Shown here in pieces: positions 1 through 10,532 of a stretch of DNA of 64,000 nucleotides (the first letter of the stretch is position 1; each line of letters opens with the position of its first letter). The notes under the pieces were generated by a model that worked only from the letters and a program-made list of their open reading frames with translations, did not search any database and was not told the origin of the DNA. Source of the DNA: a virus (Duplodnaviria > Heunggongvirae > Uroviricota > Caudoviricetes); IMG/VR virus record IMGVR_UViG_3300021979_000001, positions 130,948-194,947 of that record; one strand, given 5' to 3'. A program made the position numbers and the translations under genes.

Positions 1-76
1 GGAAATCATATGCCCGCTCATATATTTGATTCATCTGATATGCAGGTTTCTGTATATTCAATGACATTAGTTACCG

Positions 77-373
77 ATGCACAGAAAGAAATTATACATG
101 GTTCGTCTGACTAAAGATGATTGGGATAACGTATCCGGCTCAATATATTGGGTTGAACTTAATATTCGGAGACGCGGTTATGCATGGAATTATACACCTA
201 TCGACGAATTACGTAAGACAACACCAATTATTGATGACGTTATGACATTCGTCGAAAATAACGCATCAGGTTGGTGGTATGTTGAAAATGATAATAAAAC
301 CGTGACATTGGTATTCGAGTTAGAAGCAGACCAAACATTATTGTATTTTCGGTTTGGTGATCACGAAATTTGA
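77..373 (+). CDS. Small hypothetical protein of the dispersed family with a C-terminal F-x-x-E-x-D-x-x-x-F-x-L motif
   Basis: 98 aa ORF ending VFELEADQTLLYFRFG; similar tails in several other small ORFs. Confidence 0.6.
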   Translation: MHRKKLYMVRLTKDDWDNVSGSIYWVELNIRRRGYAWNYTPIDELRKTTPIIDDVMTFVENNASGWWYVENDNKTVTLVFELEADQTLLYFRFGDHEI

Positions 374-1142
374 AAGGCATGAAATTCATATGACTTGGTA
401 TATGTTGGGTTATGATAATTATTTGCTTTCATTATCGTTATCAAAATACGCGAATGCCACCATTGGGTGGAAAGCCATAGATAATATTGGCAAAAACTCT
501 AATATTGGCAAAAACTCTAATATTGGTGATAAAAATAAAATCCCGGATTATGTTATTAATAATTCCGCAACCCCATACGTGTTTGAAAATAAATATGCCA
601 TCACGGATTTTATTATTTATGGCATCAATAATATTTTAACAATAAAAGCAACAAAAACCAGGAAATTAATTCAAACCAACCATGAACCATCAACACCTTG
701 GTTTGGTGGGTCAATCAAATTTGAAGATTACTTTATATATAAATTAACATTAAATGATATTACCAAAATCGATATTGGTTCAATTGCCAATCCTAACTTA
801 AATCGGATATTATATAATGTGTCTGTAATTACAAATACAGATGATGATGCATTGAAATTGACTCGATCTTTATATCGACATCATAAAACACGTTTTACCA
901 CATTCAAGTATTTAACGCATCTCGATAATTATTATTTCAATAATGATATTACGCAGGTAAAATCGGCATTGGGAGATAATGTCTTTACCAAAAATTATAC
1001 CTCTACTGTTTTCATTAGCGATATTAGCAGTTTAGTTTGGATGCAGTTTTCTTTGCCCAAAGTGAAAAAGATTTGGGACTTACATACGTGTGAATATATC
1101 ACCATATCCCAAGCTATCGCACGGGAAGTCCAGAAATTATGA
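354..1142 (+). CDS. Hypothetical protein
   Basis: 262 aa ORF overlapping both neighbours; contains NIGKNS tandem repeat. Confidence 0.6.
   Translation: MVITKFERHEIHMTWYMLGYDNYLLSLSLSKYANATIGWKAIDNIGKNSNIGKNSNIGDKNKIPDYVINNSATPYVFENKYAITDFIIYGINNILTIKATKTRKLIQTNHEPSTPWFGGSIKFEDYFIYKLTLNDITKIDIGSIANPNLNRILYNVSVITNTDDDALKLTRSLYRHHKTRFTTFKYLTHLDNYYFNNDITQVKSALGDNVFTKNYTSTVFISDISSLVWMQFSLPKVKKIWDLHTCEYITISQAIAREVQKL
483..526 (+). repeat. 18-bp in-frame tandem repeat (about 2.4 copies)
   Basis: aatattggcaaaaactct x2 plus aatattgg. Confidence 0.9.
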
Positions 1143-1810
1143 TTATCCAGTCATTGAACGTTATCGGTCTTTACGGACATTACTCGTTTCGTTTGAAATT
1201 TGGACGGAAACTGACCGCGATTGTGGGCATAAATGGCACGTATAAATCAACAATTTGTCATATTATCACTTGCCTAACCGGACATCCTGACACAAATGCA
1301 CTATGTAGCCGCATATTTGTTGCCAAAATTACCTTGGTTGTCAAAGACGATGACGGGAAAATAAAGACATTTGACCATAGCGGGTATTTGACCGAAGATG
1401 TGACTAGTGCGTTTAAAAACACGTTAATATCACAAAGTAGTCAGGGTTGCGGAGACTACGGAAAACGTTTTATAAATCAACCAGGTATGGTATTTAATAA
1501 AAATGACTACCTGAAAATGAAGTATGATGTTTATCGCAAAATGAATAAGTATGACCTTATGCTATCAGATGGTCAACGGACCTTTATGGATATAATATTG
1601 GGTATTCCAAATGAACAAATGCCATATATTTTGGATTGTCCAGAAACCAGCTTAGATATATCAGCAACGCGAATATTAGCGGGTAAGTTATCTGGCATTG
1701 TAAATCAAGTTATTATCGTAACGCATTGTCCTACAATGTTATGCGGATTGGATATATCTGGCGATGGGCAGCGTGAATACGATATGGGAGAACTTATTTC
1801 ACACAAATAG
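1139..1810 (+). CDS. ABC/SMC-type (AAA_15/AAA_21-like) ATPase
   Basis: Walker A GINGTYKS, signature LSDGQR, Walker B/D-loop ILDCPETSLD, H-switch VTHCP. Confidence 0.8.
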   Translation: MIIQSLNVIGLYGHYSFRLKFGRKLTAIVGINGTYKSTICHIITCLTGHPDTNALCSRIFVAKITLVVKDDDGKIKTFDHSGYLTEDVTSAFKNTLISQSSQGCGDYGKRFINQPGMVFNKNDYLKMKYDVYRKMNKYDLMLSDGQRTFMDIILGIPNEQMPYILDCPETSLDISATRILAGKLSGIVNQVIIVTHCPTMLCGLDISGDGQREYDMGELISHK

Positions 1811-1842
1811 ACAACATTTTGTGATATTCCGGTTTCTCGCAT

Positions 1843-1878
1843 AAAAAAACCCTTGGTATTATTAACCAAGGGTTTTTT
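1843..1878. terminator. Bidirectional intrinsic terminator
   Basis: aaaaaaacccttgg-loop-ccaagggtttttt between convergent genes. Confidence 0.85.
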
Positions 1879-1895
1879 ATTAGATTTGGCTTTGG

Positions 1896-2966
1896 TTAAA
1901 TTTCGAACCGCATGCCGAGCGAGCCATCATTTTTAATAAAAAGGGTAACGTTGTGAAGTTTGATCATCGAATTGACCATATCGCGGAGAGCAGTCAGTTC
2001 GCTCATGGTGTTTTCCAACGTCGTTTTTTGGGGGCTGGGGGCAGGTTCCGCAGGCTTGGTAGGCAGGGTAAGAGTTTTTTGTTTAACGCCCACTGACGCC
2101 TCTTGTGAGGCCGTGCTGGATACGTTTGGTGTTGCCAGGACCACCGGCTTTGTTGCCGCTTTCGGCTTTGTTACTGTTACCGATACCGTTTTTGTCGAAG
2201 ATGTTTTAGGCAGCGTTTCCTGGCTAATATTCAGGGAGCCGGTTGTCCCGATTTCTTTTTCCTTGCTGGTATAACTGGAATACTTCGGTTGGGGTGCAAT
2301 TGTGTTTGGTTTGATAACGGCATAACCGTCATAAACAACCATTTCAATGTCAGTGATCGCGCTTTCAGGCCAGTCGGCACCGGATTGCTTCAAAAATGCG
2401 ATTGCTGGTGTTGAACGAATACCACGGCTGACTGCATGCGTAGAATATTTCTTCGCGTCGGTGGGAATATCCGCATAAACATTTTGCACTGGTTTGATGG
2501 TGATGGTCCCATCTGATTTTGGTTCGAATAATAACGGTGCTGGCCGGGATTTCCCGGTAATCAATTTCCAAACGGCAGGGTCAAAAGTAAAATGAGCCAA
2601 CTTCCCAGATGTCGAATATTTGATGGTGGTGGTCTGTTGGGACTGATGAACCTGTGCTTTTTTGGAATTCACATGCATTTTATTTAACGCCTTTGCTGTT
2701 TTGTTATCAACTACGCATCGCGCATGATCTTTGAAGGTGTTAAGATCGGCAAACGAAACGCCCGTCTTAACTGCATCTTCAACCCGCTTCATACGAGACT
2801 CTAAATTTTGCTCACTTCGCCCGCGAGTGGTGTTGTTATCAAACAAAATCACCCCCGATTGATGGGTAAAAACCAATCGCTGATTCTGCGAGGTCATTTT
2901 CCATCCTTCTCGGTGCCGAAGCACCGAACTCATGGATTTTGTGTTTCGCATTAACCTAACTCTCAC
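1896..2966 (-). CDS. Hypothetical basic protein with Thr/Lys/Pro-rich linker
   Basis: 356 aa ORF, GC-richer than neighbours; start uncertain. Confidence 0.65.
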   Translation of the reverse strand: MRVRLMRNTKSMSSVLRHREGWKMTSQNQRLVFTHQSGVILFDNNTTRGRSEQNLESRMKRVEDAVKTGVSFADLNTFKDHARCVVDNKTAKALNKMHVNSKKAQVHQSQQTTTIKYSTSGKLAHFTFDPAVWKLITGKSRPAPLLFEPKSDGTITIKPVQNVYADIPTDAKKYSTHAVSRGIRSTPAIAFLKQSGADWPESAITDIEMVVYDGYAVIKPNTIAPQPKYSSYTSKEKEIGTTGSLNISQETLPKTSSTKTVSVTVTKPKAATKPVVLATPNVSSTASQEASVGVKQKTLTLPTKPAEPAPSPQKTTLENTMSELTALRDMVNSMIKLHNVTLFIKNDGSLGMRFEI

Positions 2967-3019
2967 ATGGTGTTATACCAGAACATAATAATCTCACAAC
3001 ACGGAGATAAGTTCAACCG

Positions 3020-4303
3020 TTATTCTCGAATTTTCTCGTTATCAATAAATTCGGCCCATTCAGGAATGAGAGCGGCGATGGAATTACCACGATGCTTTTC
3101 AATGCCCTGGGTGAATTTAACAAACGCATTGAAATGTTTGTCATACCAGCTTTCGCTTTGCATATAATTAACAACTTGATCAATACGATCAAACCAAATT
3201 TTTGATTGGTCCGGCGAATCAGGGCAATCCGTATATTCATCGGCAGAATGAGACGCTTTCCAATTCAATAACCGATCCGCTGCGATTTGTTTTAATTTGT
3301 CCGGCAACACTCTTATATTCAGGTGATCCGGGTGATCCAATACGTTCAGATAGGGGAACGATGTGATGTTTTTGAACTGAACCAGGTAATCCATGAGCGG
3401 AGTGATCGACAGAATGTTGTGTGCTTGAATACAAGCATGCACACCAATCATGATCTTACCATTTGCTGCCATGTCATTCAGGGTATGCAAATTCTTGTCG
3501 ATCACTTTCCATACCGAAGGATAACGAACGTAATCATTGATTTTGTCATAGCCATCAATCGAGACATTGAACAATACCTTATCAAATTTATCCCAATACT
3601 GAATGGCCCGAACCGGAACATTAGTCAGATTTGTGTTGTATTTAATTGTCATATTTTGTGCATATCCGCGATTAATGCACAATTGCAGCAAATCAAGATG
3701 GGCGTCGGCAAGCGTTGGCTCTCCCCCGGTAAAATAAATTTTAGTTATTGTCGATAAATGGGGTTCAATCGTGGTGAGCCAGCTATGATTATCCGGCCAT
3801 GACATATTGTTGGTTAGATGATTGTGTTCATCTTCTGTCAATTTTACCGGATTAACATCATTCCATTCTTTTAACCATTGGTTTGATGAAAATGGAGAAC
3901 ACATCACGCATTTGATATTGCACTTATTACCAAGACGCAAGTCAAGGTAAATAACATTGATGGGTGTGCTACCATCAGCATCCGTGATTTCTATTGGGTT
4001 CGGCACATACTTTTGGTAATTTTTATTTGCGATCATTCGCGGCGAACGCATTCCCTGGGCTTCTTCGCGGAAACATTTTGTGCATGTATTCGGTCGTTCT
4101 CCGGCCAACATTTGCAATCTGATGTCGCGATTGGTTTCACTATTCCACGCTTCTTCGGCAGTAGAGTTGTGTATTTTATGTTTCTTCCCGTTTGTCTGTA
4201 ACAGATTATTGGGGGGAACAGAATTACAGCAAACCCGGAATGACCCGGATGGTGATGTTGCAAGATGCATCCATGGTAGAGCGCAAAAGGTGTTAGATGT
4301 CAT
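3020..4303 (-). CDS. Radical SAM protein with N-terminal twitch/SPASM-like domain
   Basis: CALPW...CC...CxxC N-terminus; CNIKCVMC motif; FTGGEP; YNTN. Confidence 0.9.
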   Translation of the reverse strand: MTSNTFCALPWMHLATSPSGSFRVCCNSVPPNNLLQTNGKKHKIHNSTAEEAWNSETNRDIRLQMLAGERPNTCTKCFREEAQGMRSPRMIANKNYQKYVPNPIEITDADGSTPINVIYLDLRLGNKCNIKCVMCSPFSSNQWLKEWNDVNPVKLTEDEHNHLTNNMSWPDNHSWLTTIEPHLSTITKIYFTGGEPTLADAHLDLLQLCINRGYAQNMTIKYNTNLTNVPVRAIQYWDKFDKVLFNVSIDGYDKINDYVRYPSVWKVIDKNLHTLNDMAANGKIMIGVHACIQAHNILSITPLMDYLVQFKNITSFPYLNVLDHPDHLNIRVLPDKLKQIAADRLLNWKASHSADEYTDCPDSPDQSKIWFDRIDQVVNYMQSESWYDKHFNAFVKFTQGIEKHRGNSIAALIPEWAEFIDNEKIRE

Positions 4304-4314
4304 ATTGAATACTC

Positions 4315-5481
4315 CTAAATTTGAGTATGCAATATATCAGAAAGGGTTGGGAAAGTCAGGTTAAAATTGGTGCCACGTTTTTTATCTAACATAGCAATAT
4401 AATGAAAAAATGTTGTCGTTAATTTTGATCGATCTTCGCTCTTGACATATGATGAAACCAAACTGTTGTTGATATGTGAATGATTTACCGGCGATATGAT
4501 CCTGGCATCAAGATAACTTGGCGCACGCACTTTATTGAAACTGGGTTGGCGTGTCATTTTTTTGAAATTTTGATCGTTAATCCAAGATACAATTTCGTCA
4601 ATATCCAAGGCATTTAATGCTTGCAGGGTAATCCTGAAATCATATGTAAGACAATCCGGGCCAGTATCAATTTTCCTAATATTATCAATAAATGATGCAA
4701 GTGTTTGTGGGTATCGTATGTAAAATGATTTATCCGGGTTGCAATGTTCAATGGATGGCATCAATCGAACATGATTAAAATGTTTCCATATATCAAAAGC
4801 ATTTTGTGGGATAATCGACATATTGGTATTGTAAACCAGATCGATATTTGCTGCCCTTTTTTCTGAAATAAGTTTTTCAAGAACGATAAAATGTGGGCGA
4901 TCCAGTAATGGTTCTCCACCTTGAATATGGATGCGATTAACGTTTTTACATTTGTCAATCATTTCGTTGAAAACTTTACCGGTATCATATTTTCGTGGTT
5001 GATTATGATGCCAGTTCAGCGTTGATGTTATTGTTTCATCCATTGATTTGCTAAGCATGTATTTCTTTAACTCACCCCATTTGCTTGAATCCTCAACATT
5101 ACACATAACACATTGTAGATTACATGTATTATTCAAGCTAATAGAGACATGGGTGATATTATCAAGAGATATACCAACGGGTTTTGTATCTGTCATTTCC
5201 ACTTGGCGACGTGATGGAATACCGGAATCTTCATCCTGTTTGCACTTGCGACATGCTGATGGGAATACGCCAGCATTCAATGATGACCGAATGTTATTCA
5301 TGTTTTCGGAGAAAAACCAGTCTTCCAGTGGTTGTTCATCTACCATAATTTTATGATCTTTCGAGCCATAAAATGAATAATCCGTCACTGAACCACAGCA
5401 AACTTGACCATACCCAGACGGACGAATGAATAAATGATTCCAGGGTAAAGGACACCATGTCATTGCACAGTGATACTCCAA
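4315..5481 (-). CDS. Radical SAM protein with twitch/SPASM-like domain
   Basis: CPLPW...VCC...CRKC; CNLQCVMC; QGGEP; probable start MTWCPLPW. Confidence 0.9.
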   Translation of the reverse strand: MEYHCAMTWCPLPWNHLFIRPSGYGQVCCGSVTDYSFYGSKDHKIMVDEQPLEDWFFSENMNNIRSSLNAGVFPSACRKCKQDEDSGIPSRRQVEMTDTKPVGISLDNITHVSISLNNTCNLQCVMCNVEDSSKWGELKKYMLSKSMDETITSTLNWHHNQPRKYDTGKVFNEMIDKCKNVNRIHIQGGEPLLDRPHFIVLEKLISEKRAANIDLVYNTNMSIIPQNAFDIWKHFNHVRLMPSIEHCNPDKSFYIRYPQTLASFIDNIRKIDTGPDCLTYDFRITLQALNALDIDEIVSWINDQNFKKMTRQPSFNKVRAPSYLDARIISPVNHSHINNSLVSSYVKSEDRSKLTTTFFHYIAMLDKKRGTNFNLTFPTLSDILHTQI

Positions 5482-6026
5482 AATCCGGTATTGCTATCTT
5501 TTTCAAACGAATGATGGAAAGTTGCTCGGGCATCGTCTACTTGGTCATGGACATCCTGCCGGTGCGGCCAGCCATGAAACCCAATAATTTTTCCTCCCTT
5601 ACGAACTTTCGGTAACCAATGTAAGATATGCTGTTTCCATGGCGTTTTATTTGGTCCACGATCACAATCAATAACTAACAGATCAATTGTTTTATCAAAT
5701 GATACCTCGAACGCATCACCACGGATTGGATATGCATTGGGAACATCTTTCATATATTTTTTGAAGTTTTCGATACTATTATAGATAGTATCAACGGTAT
5801 CCAGCCGATACCCATGTCCCTTTTTAATAACTTCATCTTCAATCCACATATCAATTGCATACACCGATGATGTTGGTGCATTCATTGCTAATACATATGT
5901 GACCAATCCATAGCATGGTCCCAACTCAACAATTGTGGAATTATTTGGTAGTGTTATTACCTCGTCATATGCTTTCTTTAATTCATCATTATTGTGCCAG
6001 CCGGGAATGGTTAAATTTATGAGCAT
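5460..6026 (-). CDS. Class I SAM-dependent methyltransferase (Methyltransf_24-like)
   Basis: IVELGPCYG motif I, YAIDMW, IDLLVID, KVRKGGKIIG. Confidence 0.8.
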   Translation of the reverse strand: MLINLTIPGWHNNDELKKAYDEVITLPNNSTIVELGPCYGLVTYVLAMNAPTSSVYAIDMWIEDEVIKKGHGYRLDTVDTIYNSIENFKKYMKDVPNAYPIRGDAFEVSFDKTIDLLVIDCDRGPNKTPWKQHILHWLPKVRKGGKIIGFHGWPHRQDVHDQVDDARATFHHSFEKDSNTGFWSITVQ

Positions 6027-6174
6027 TTACAGCAAATTCCAATTGTTTAAAGTTCAATAAAGTATGGGTATCTCGTGGTATCCATTTAAAAAATGAGATG
6101 TGATTCCTTAGTATATTTATTGTAGTTTTGGTTGACTAACATTTATTATTGCTGTATATAAATAATTCCATACA

Positions 6175-6420
6175 ATGAAAGACAATATGATGAACATTAA
6201 ACGCAAGTCAGACGGTCAATGTTTCACATTTGATTTTGTATCATATGGTCGTGGTGAATGGGCGATCAACTTAATTGGCGTGAACGGCCAACGCCTTGAT
6301 GGGGCAGGAAAAATGCATGGTGACCCCGTGTATAATACCGAACGTGCTGCCCGGAAAGCCGCCCGCGAAACCGTCGATAATTTGGTTAAAACCGAATTTG
6401 GGTGGGTTCAGACGCAATAA
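6175..6420 (+). CDS. Hypothetical protein
   Basis: 81 aa ORF downstream of a TTGACT..TATAAA promoter-like sequence. Confidence 0.6.
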   Translation: MKDNMMNIKRKSDGQCFTFDFVSYGRGEWAINLIGVNGQRLDGAGKMHGDPVYNTERAARKAARETVDNLVKTEFGWVQTQ

Positions 6421-6457
6421 AATTCCCGCATAGCATATAAAGAAATCAATCATTACA

Positions 6458-6691
6458 ATGGAGAAAGACATGACAACATTAAAAAATGTTGTTGATAAAA
6501 TCAACATTTCTGAAATACGACTCTTGGAAGAAACCGGCAATACGAAAAAGGTTCGGTTTGATTCCAAATTTGGCGCATTGCCGGTTAAAACAATGCACCA
6601 AATGTTCAATATCCCTAACGGGGATTTGTGTCTGTATTCAACCTCGTGGCAGACACGGGCTGATGGCACCCGGTTCAAATTGATGGTCTAA
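6458..6691 (+). CDS. Hypothetical protein
   Basis: 77 aa ORF; GGAG before the internal ATG (MTTL). Confidence 0.55.
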   Translation: MEKDMTTLKNVVDKINISEIRLLEETGNTKKVRFDSKFGALPVKTMHQMFNIPNGDLCLYSTSWQTRADGTRFKLMV

Positions 6692-7698
6692 CTATACCAT
6701 TTTCGTAGCGAACGACCGGTTTTGACAATATTGGTTGGGTATTGCACTGTTTTTGCAGTGCAATACAAACCATTTGGATTCTCGGTTGATACCTGTTCAC
6801 ACCAGCGTTTAACAAATTTTAAGAATCCTGGTAGTTCTAATCCATAAACACTTTCTATTGCACTAAACACATATGAGGATGGGTTTTCAGAATTATAAAA
6901 CTTCTGAATGCGTATGCGGCTCACCGGATTAGTGATGTTTGGGTCATTTTTCGTGACAAGATATGCAATCATTGCCCCTTCATCGACATCTGATTTGATA
7001 AAGTGTCTCTTTGAACCATCCACCAAAGATACACATGATTTCCAGGAACGCCCGGTTGACGCCCCTGCTATATCATAGGGATGCCGGGAAATGACAACCA
7101 TCAATGGTTGTTCCAGAATATTTATTCCCTGGCGAAAACGGTCATTTGTAAATAATAGCAAACCATTGTTAAATGACTGGCGCAAGTTATCGATCAATTC
7201 AACATATTGATCATATCTTGCCGGAATAATTTCTTCTGCATCAACGCCTTTTCTAACCCGATCCAACACCCGAACCGCTTTGGTGAACATCTTCCCGATG
7301 GAAAATTCTTTTCCATCCTTTGAAAGAAACATGCCCTTTTTATATTTTTGAATGACCGTTGAATCTTGAAAATCAGTGTTAATGGGTATGTTTATGGATG
7401 AAAACAGCTTATTCCAAAACTCAATATTTTTAACAGTTGGTGCCCAATAATGTTCTACAAATAAACTTAGGTCATTGATATATTTCAGTTCTAAAAAAAC
7501 ATCTTCCATTACACGAATATCATTGAACTGCGACATATCATTTGGTGTAAAATCAAAATATAGTCGATATGAATTATTCCCACGTTGAAATTTCTTAAAA
7601 CGTGCAAATATATCTTCATTTGTTGATCTATCCCAATTCTTCACATATGGTCGGGCCAGGGATATTGGATATGCTTCAAATAAGTCTGTTATTTTCAT
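6688..7698 (-). CDS. Putative virion-internal protein with leader MKITDLFE
   Basis: Leader shared with other late genes; ISRHPYDIAGASTGRSWKSC block. Confidence 0.7.
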   Translation of the reverse strand: MKITDLFEAYPISLARPYVKNWDRSTNEDIFARFKKFQRGNNSYRLYFDFTPNDMSQFNDIRVMEDVFLELKYINDLSLFVEHYWAPTVKNIEFWNKLFSSINIPINTDFQDSTVIQKYKKGMFLSKDGKEFSIGKMFTKAVRVLDRVRKGVDAEEIIPARYDQYVELIDNLRQSFNNGLLLFTNDRFRQGINILEQPLMVVISRHPYDIAGASTGRSWKSCVSLVDGSKRHFIKSDVDEGAMIAYLVTKNDPNITNPVSRIRIQKFYNSENPSSYVFSAIESVYGLELPGFLKFVKRWCEQVSTENPNGLYCTAKTVQYPTNIVKTGRSLRKWYS

Positions 7699-8894
7699 TT
7701 TTTATATTTGTCATATGGGTTATAAATTGAAAACTTCTTAACTACATTTGGGTCCATTTTAGCTATAAGATTAGGTGGCAATTCCGTCATACGGGTGCTA
7801 TTATAATTAAATTCTTTAATCGCGGGGTTATCAACTAGTTTAGTAAAAAATATCTGATCGCCATATATATCATTACCGTTTATCACAACGGTATTAATTG
7901 TTATTCGTGTATCGTTGCCGATGCCGCTTATTAACGCATCTGCTGTTTTTTTTCCCGGTATTCTGTCAGATAACGATACTACTAATTTGTTAATATTAAT
8001 TTTCGCACTAGGTTTGGCAAAGAAACGAACGTTTCTCATTTCAGAAATATTACATATATTAATGTCCCATACATTAACCCGCTTGAATTTTTCTGGTGAA
8101 TTATTATGGAAAAATACACTATCAAACGAACCTATTTTTAATGTTTTTGGCACATGTCCGACGGAATATGTATCTTTACCCAGGGTAATATCCGGGTTTT
8201 TTTGCATTGTGTTCATCAGATCAATTACAGTGAATGCGCTTGATGTTAAAAACACCGCTTGTGTTGCTTCCGCGCCGTGAATTAACCCATAACCGGGATC
8301 GTTAAAACCATCGTAACCGATTTTTCTTAATATCGCGTTCCATCGTTTGGTATTAACATATGTATATTCATCAAATTCGCTAATCCCACCCGCAGCAATT
8401 GCTTTAGTGAAGCCCCAAAGAAAACCAGCAGGAATGTTTACATAATTTTGGTTTGTTCTTGCTGCACTTCTAAAACGGGCAATCATTTCATCGGATAAAT
8501 TTAATACTGATTTCAGTTTGGCTATATCCGCTTCCAAATCACTTTCAGTATAATTTTTGATAAAATTAGGGTCTATATCGGATTTTAGAACATACAAATA
8601 TTTTCCACCATGATATGGTAGTAATGATAAACCACGATTTTCTTTTGGATTGCTAGACTTGTTGTATGGTTCAATATAAGTGTCCCATACATCTTGAATT
8701 CGAAACGCATATATTCCCAATGGGGAATCATGATTATCTGATGATTTTGGGTAAATGCCAACTTTTTTTACATCAGTTGTGTGAATATAAGCCGTTGGAT
8801 CATCTTTATATTGTTTTACAAAATCATACGCGCTTAGTTTAAAATTAACACTTGCGTTTCTTCGTTTTTCAAATAAATCGGCGATAAACATCAC
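7695..8894 (-). CDS. Putative virion-internal protein with ADP-ribosyltransferase-like domain (leader MFIADLFE)
   Basis: YIHTT...PLGIYAF...GYDGF...EATQAVFL pattern; ATAAATA upstream (8917-8923, - strand). Confidence 0.55.
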   Translation of the reverse strand: MMFIADLFEKRRNASVNFKLSAYDFVKQYKDDPTAYIHTTDVKKVGIYPKSSDNHDSPLGIYAFRIQDVWDTYIEPYNKSSNPKENRGLSLLPYHGGKYLYVLKSDIDPNFIKNYTESDLEADIAKLKSVLNLSDEMIARFRSAARTNQNYVNIPAGFLWGFTKAIAAGGISEFDEYTYVNTKRWNAILRKIGYDGFNDPGYGLIHGAEATQAVFLTSSAFTVIDLMNTMQKNPDITLGKDTYSVGHVPKTLKIGSFDSVFFHNNSPEKFKRVNVWDINICNISEMRNVRFFAKPSAKININKLVVSLSDRIPGKKTADALISGIGNDTRITINTVVINGNDIYGDQIFFTKLVDNPAIKEFNYNSTRMTELPPNLIAKMDPNVVKKFSIYNPYDKYKK

Positions 8895-8919
8895 AAAACC
8901 TATATCTAGTGTCGTTTAT

Positions 8920-9126
8920 TTATCCAAATGATAAGTTAAACAACACCTGATTCGATTCGTGTTTGAATTTGAACTCTATATTTGTATGTTCAGTTGGGGT
9001 GTATGCATAGAATACATCAGTCCCCAGAATAATATTATTGTTCGATAGCCAAGTTAACACCGTATCGAACTGTTCGGCATTATCAATATACACCGCGACG
9101 TAATGCCATTCCGCTAAATTTGACAT
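8920..9126 (-). CDS. Small hypothetical protein (C-terminal motif family)
   Basis: Ends IEFKFKHESNQVLFNLSFG. Confidence 0.6.
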   Translation of the reverse strand: MSNLAEWHYVAVYIDNAEQFDTVLTWLSNNNIILGTDVFYAYTPTEHTNIEFKFKHESNQVLFNLSFG

Positions 9127-9347
9127 TATTTACTTACCAAGAACACGAGTAAACAAATCACGGCAACCACACCAATTGCAATTAATACAATGTTGAAGAA
9201 TACCACGAACAACATGATAACCCAGAAAAATGCCCATACGTATGCCATGGGATCATGTAACAAATCCCAGGTCAGTGGAATATCGTAAATCGCGGTATAC
9301 AACACAACACCAACAAACCACCAGAACATTGTTTTTAATACAGGCAT
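9126..9347 (-). CDS. Small membrane protein
   Basis: 73 aa, two to three hydrophobic segments. Confidence 0.65.
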   Translation of the reverse strand: MPVLKTMFWWFVGVVLYTAIYDIPLTWDLLHDPMAYVWAFFWVIMLFVVFFNIVLIAIGVVAVICLLVFLVSK

Positions 9348-9437
9348 GTCATTTTTCCATTATGTTTATGATTAGGTTATCTATATGTTATCTGGTCCAT
9401 GACATGTTTGCAAGGGTAATTTTGTTCAACATTAATT

Positions 9438-10493
9438 TTATAGAATCGCCCGATTGCGACTACTCCAATCGCCCAGCATTTCTTTCATCTTTGTGCGATA
9501 ATCGGTAAGATATTTGGATAGCTGTGTTTCATTTTGGTTAGGATTATATACCAAATTTGTAGCATTGCTGGTGCCTTCAATATCAGCTACGATGTCGATA
9601 ATTTCCCCGGTTCGATTATTTTTGATCCATACCCGAGGTGTAGGTTTACCATTGATAATAACAGTCCCAGCTACCGGTGAAACATCCATTTCAGTTTCAA
9701 CCCGGATGATCACGGATGCAAACAATGGGGCCACGATACGCAGCGATGAACTAAGTTTTTGGTGGGAGAAAGGTTTGCCAATAGCCCAGTTTTTCCAATT
9801 GCCGATAACAAACGCTTCAATTTCTTCAATTAGCGTTACGGTTGATGCGTTTGAGGAAATACTTTCGTTGATGCCCATATTTGACATCGCTTCCTTCGCT
9901 TTGGCGACAAGACCATCAAACCCATCATATGCTTTCATGATCAACGCTTCATCATCGGTTTCCGCTGCTATAGTGGCATATTCCATGAATTCCGATAAAT
10001 CACCATTAATCACTTTGCGTAAAATATCGGGTTCTGCGGCAGCAAATTCATAAACAAGACCCGTCAATTCTGCAATTTGATGATCGTTGAGACTTTCTTC
10101 TGTATCGTCGGTTAATGGGATATATTGTTCAAACGAGGGATCACTGTTCAACCATTTTGCCAGGGCAGTAACACTTCCTGCGGTCCCGTCCATCACCTTA
10201 TGCTCAACAATGGTATAGAGATTAAGTTCGGTTGCGGTGACCGAATATACCAAAATCACCTTTCCATGCACCAAATGAAAGTGCCAAAACCCTTTTAATT
10301 TTCCGTTTTTAAATGGAGTATCTTTTGCGGACACCGGATCGGTTGACGTTTTCTTTTTTTCAATAAAATCATCAATTGATTTGGCAATACCTGGAAACCC
10401 ACGCATATATGCTGCGCGGTCTTTAACAAATCTGTCTGTCATGTAAACATTACGTTCTGTGACACTTTCTGAAATAATATCGATATATCGCAT
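9438..10493 (-). CDS. Multidomain protein with N-terminal YafQ/RelE-like mRNA interferase domain (leader MRYIDIISE)
   Basis: KDTPFKNGKLKGFWHFHL..VILVY..LYTIVEH resembles the YafQ core; late promoter at 10535-10541. Confidence 0.65.
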   Translation of the reverse strand: MRYIDIISESVTERNVYMTDRFVKDRAAYMRGFPGIAKSIDDFIEKKKTSTDPVSAKDTPFKNGKLKGFWHFHLVHGKVILVYSVTATELNLYTIVEHKVMDGTAGSVTALAKWLNSDPSFEQYIPLTDDTEESLNDHQIAELTGLVYEFAAAEPDILRKVINGDLSEFMEYATIAAETDDEALIMKAYDGFDGLVAKAKEAMSNMGINESISSNASTVTLIEEIEAFVIGNWKNWAIGKPFSHQKLSSSLRIVAPLFASVIIRVETEMDVSPVAGTVIINGKPTPRVWIKNNRTGEIIDIVADIEGTSNATNLVYNPNQNETQLSKYLTDYRTKMKEMLGDWSSRNRAIL

Positions 10494-10532
10494 TTGTCAA
10501 TTTTCGCCTAATTATTTAAATTACATATTTAC

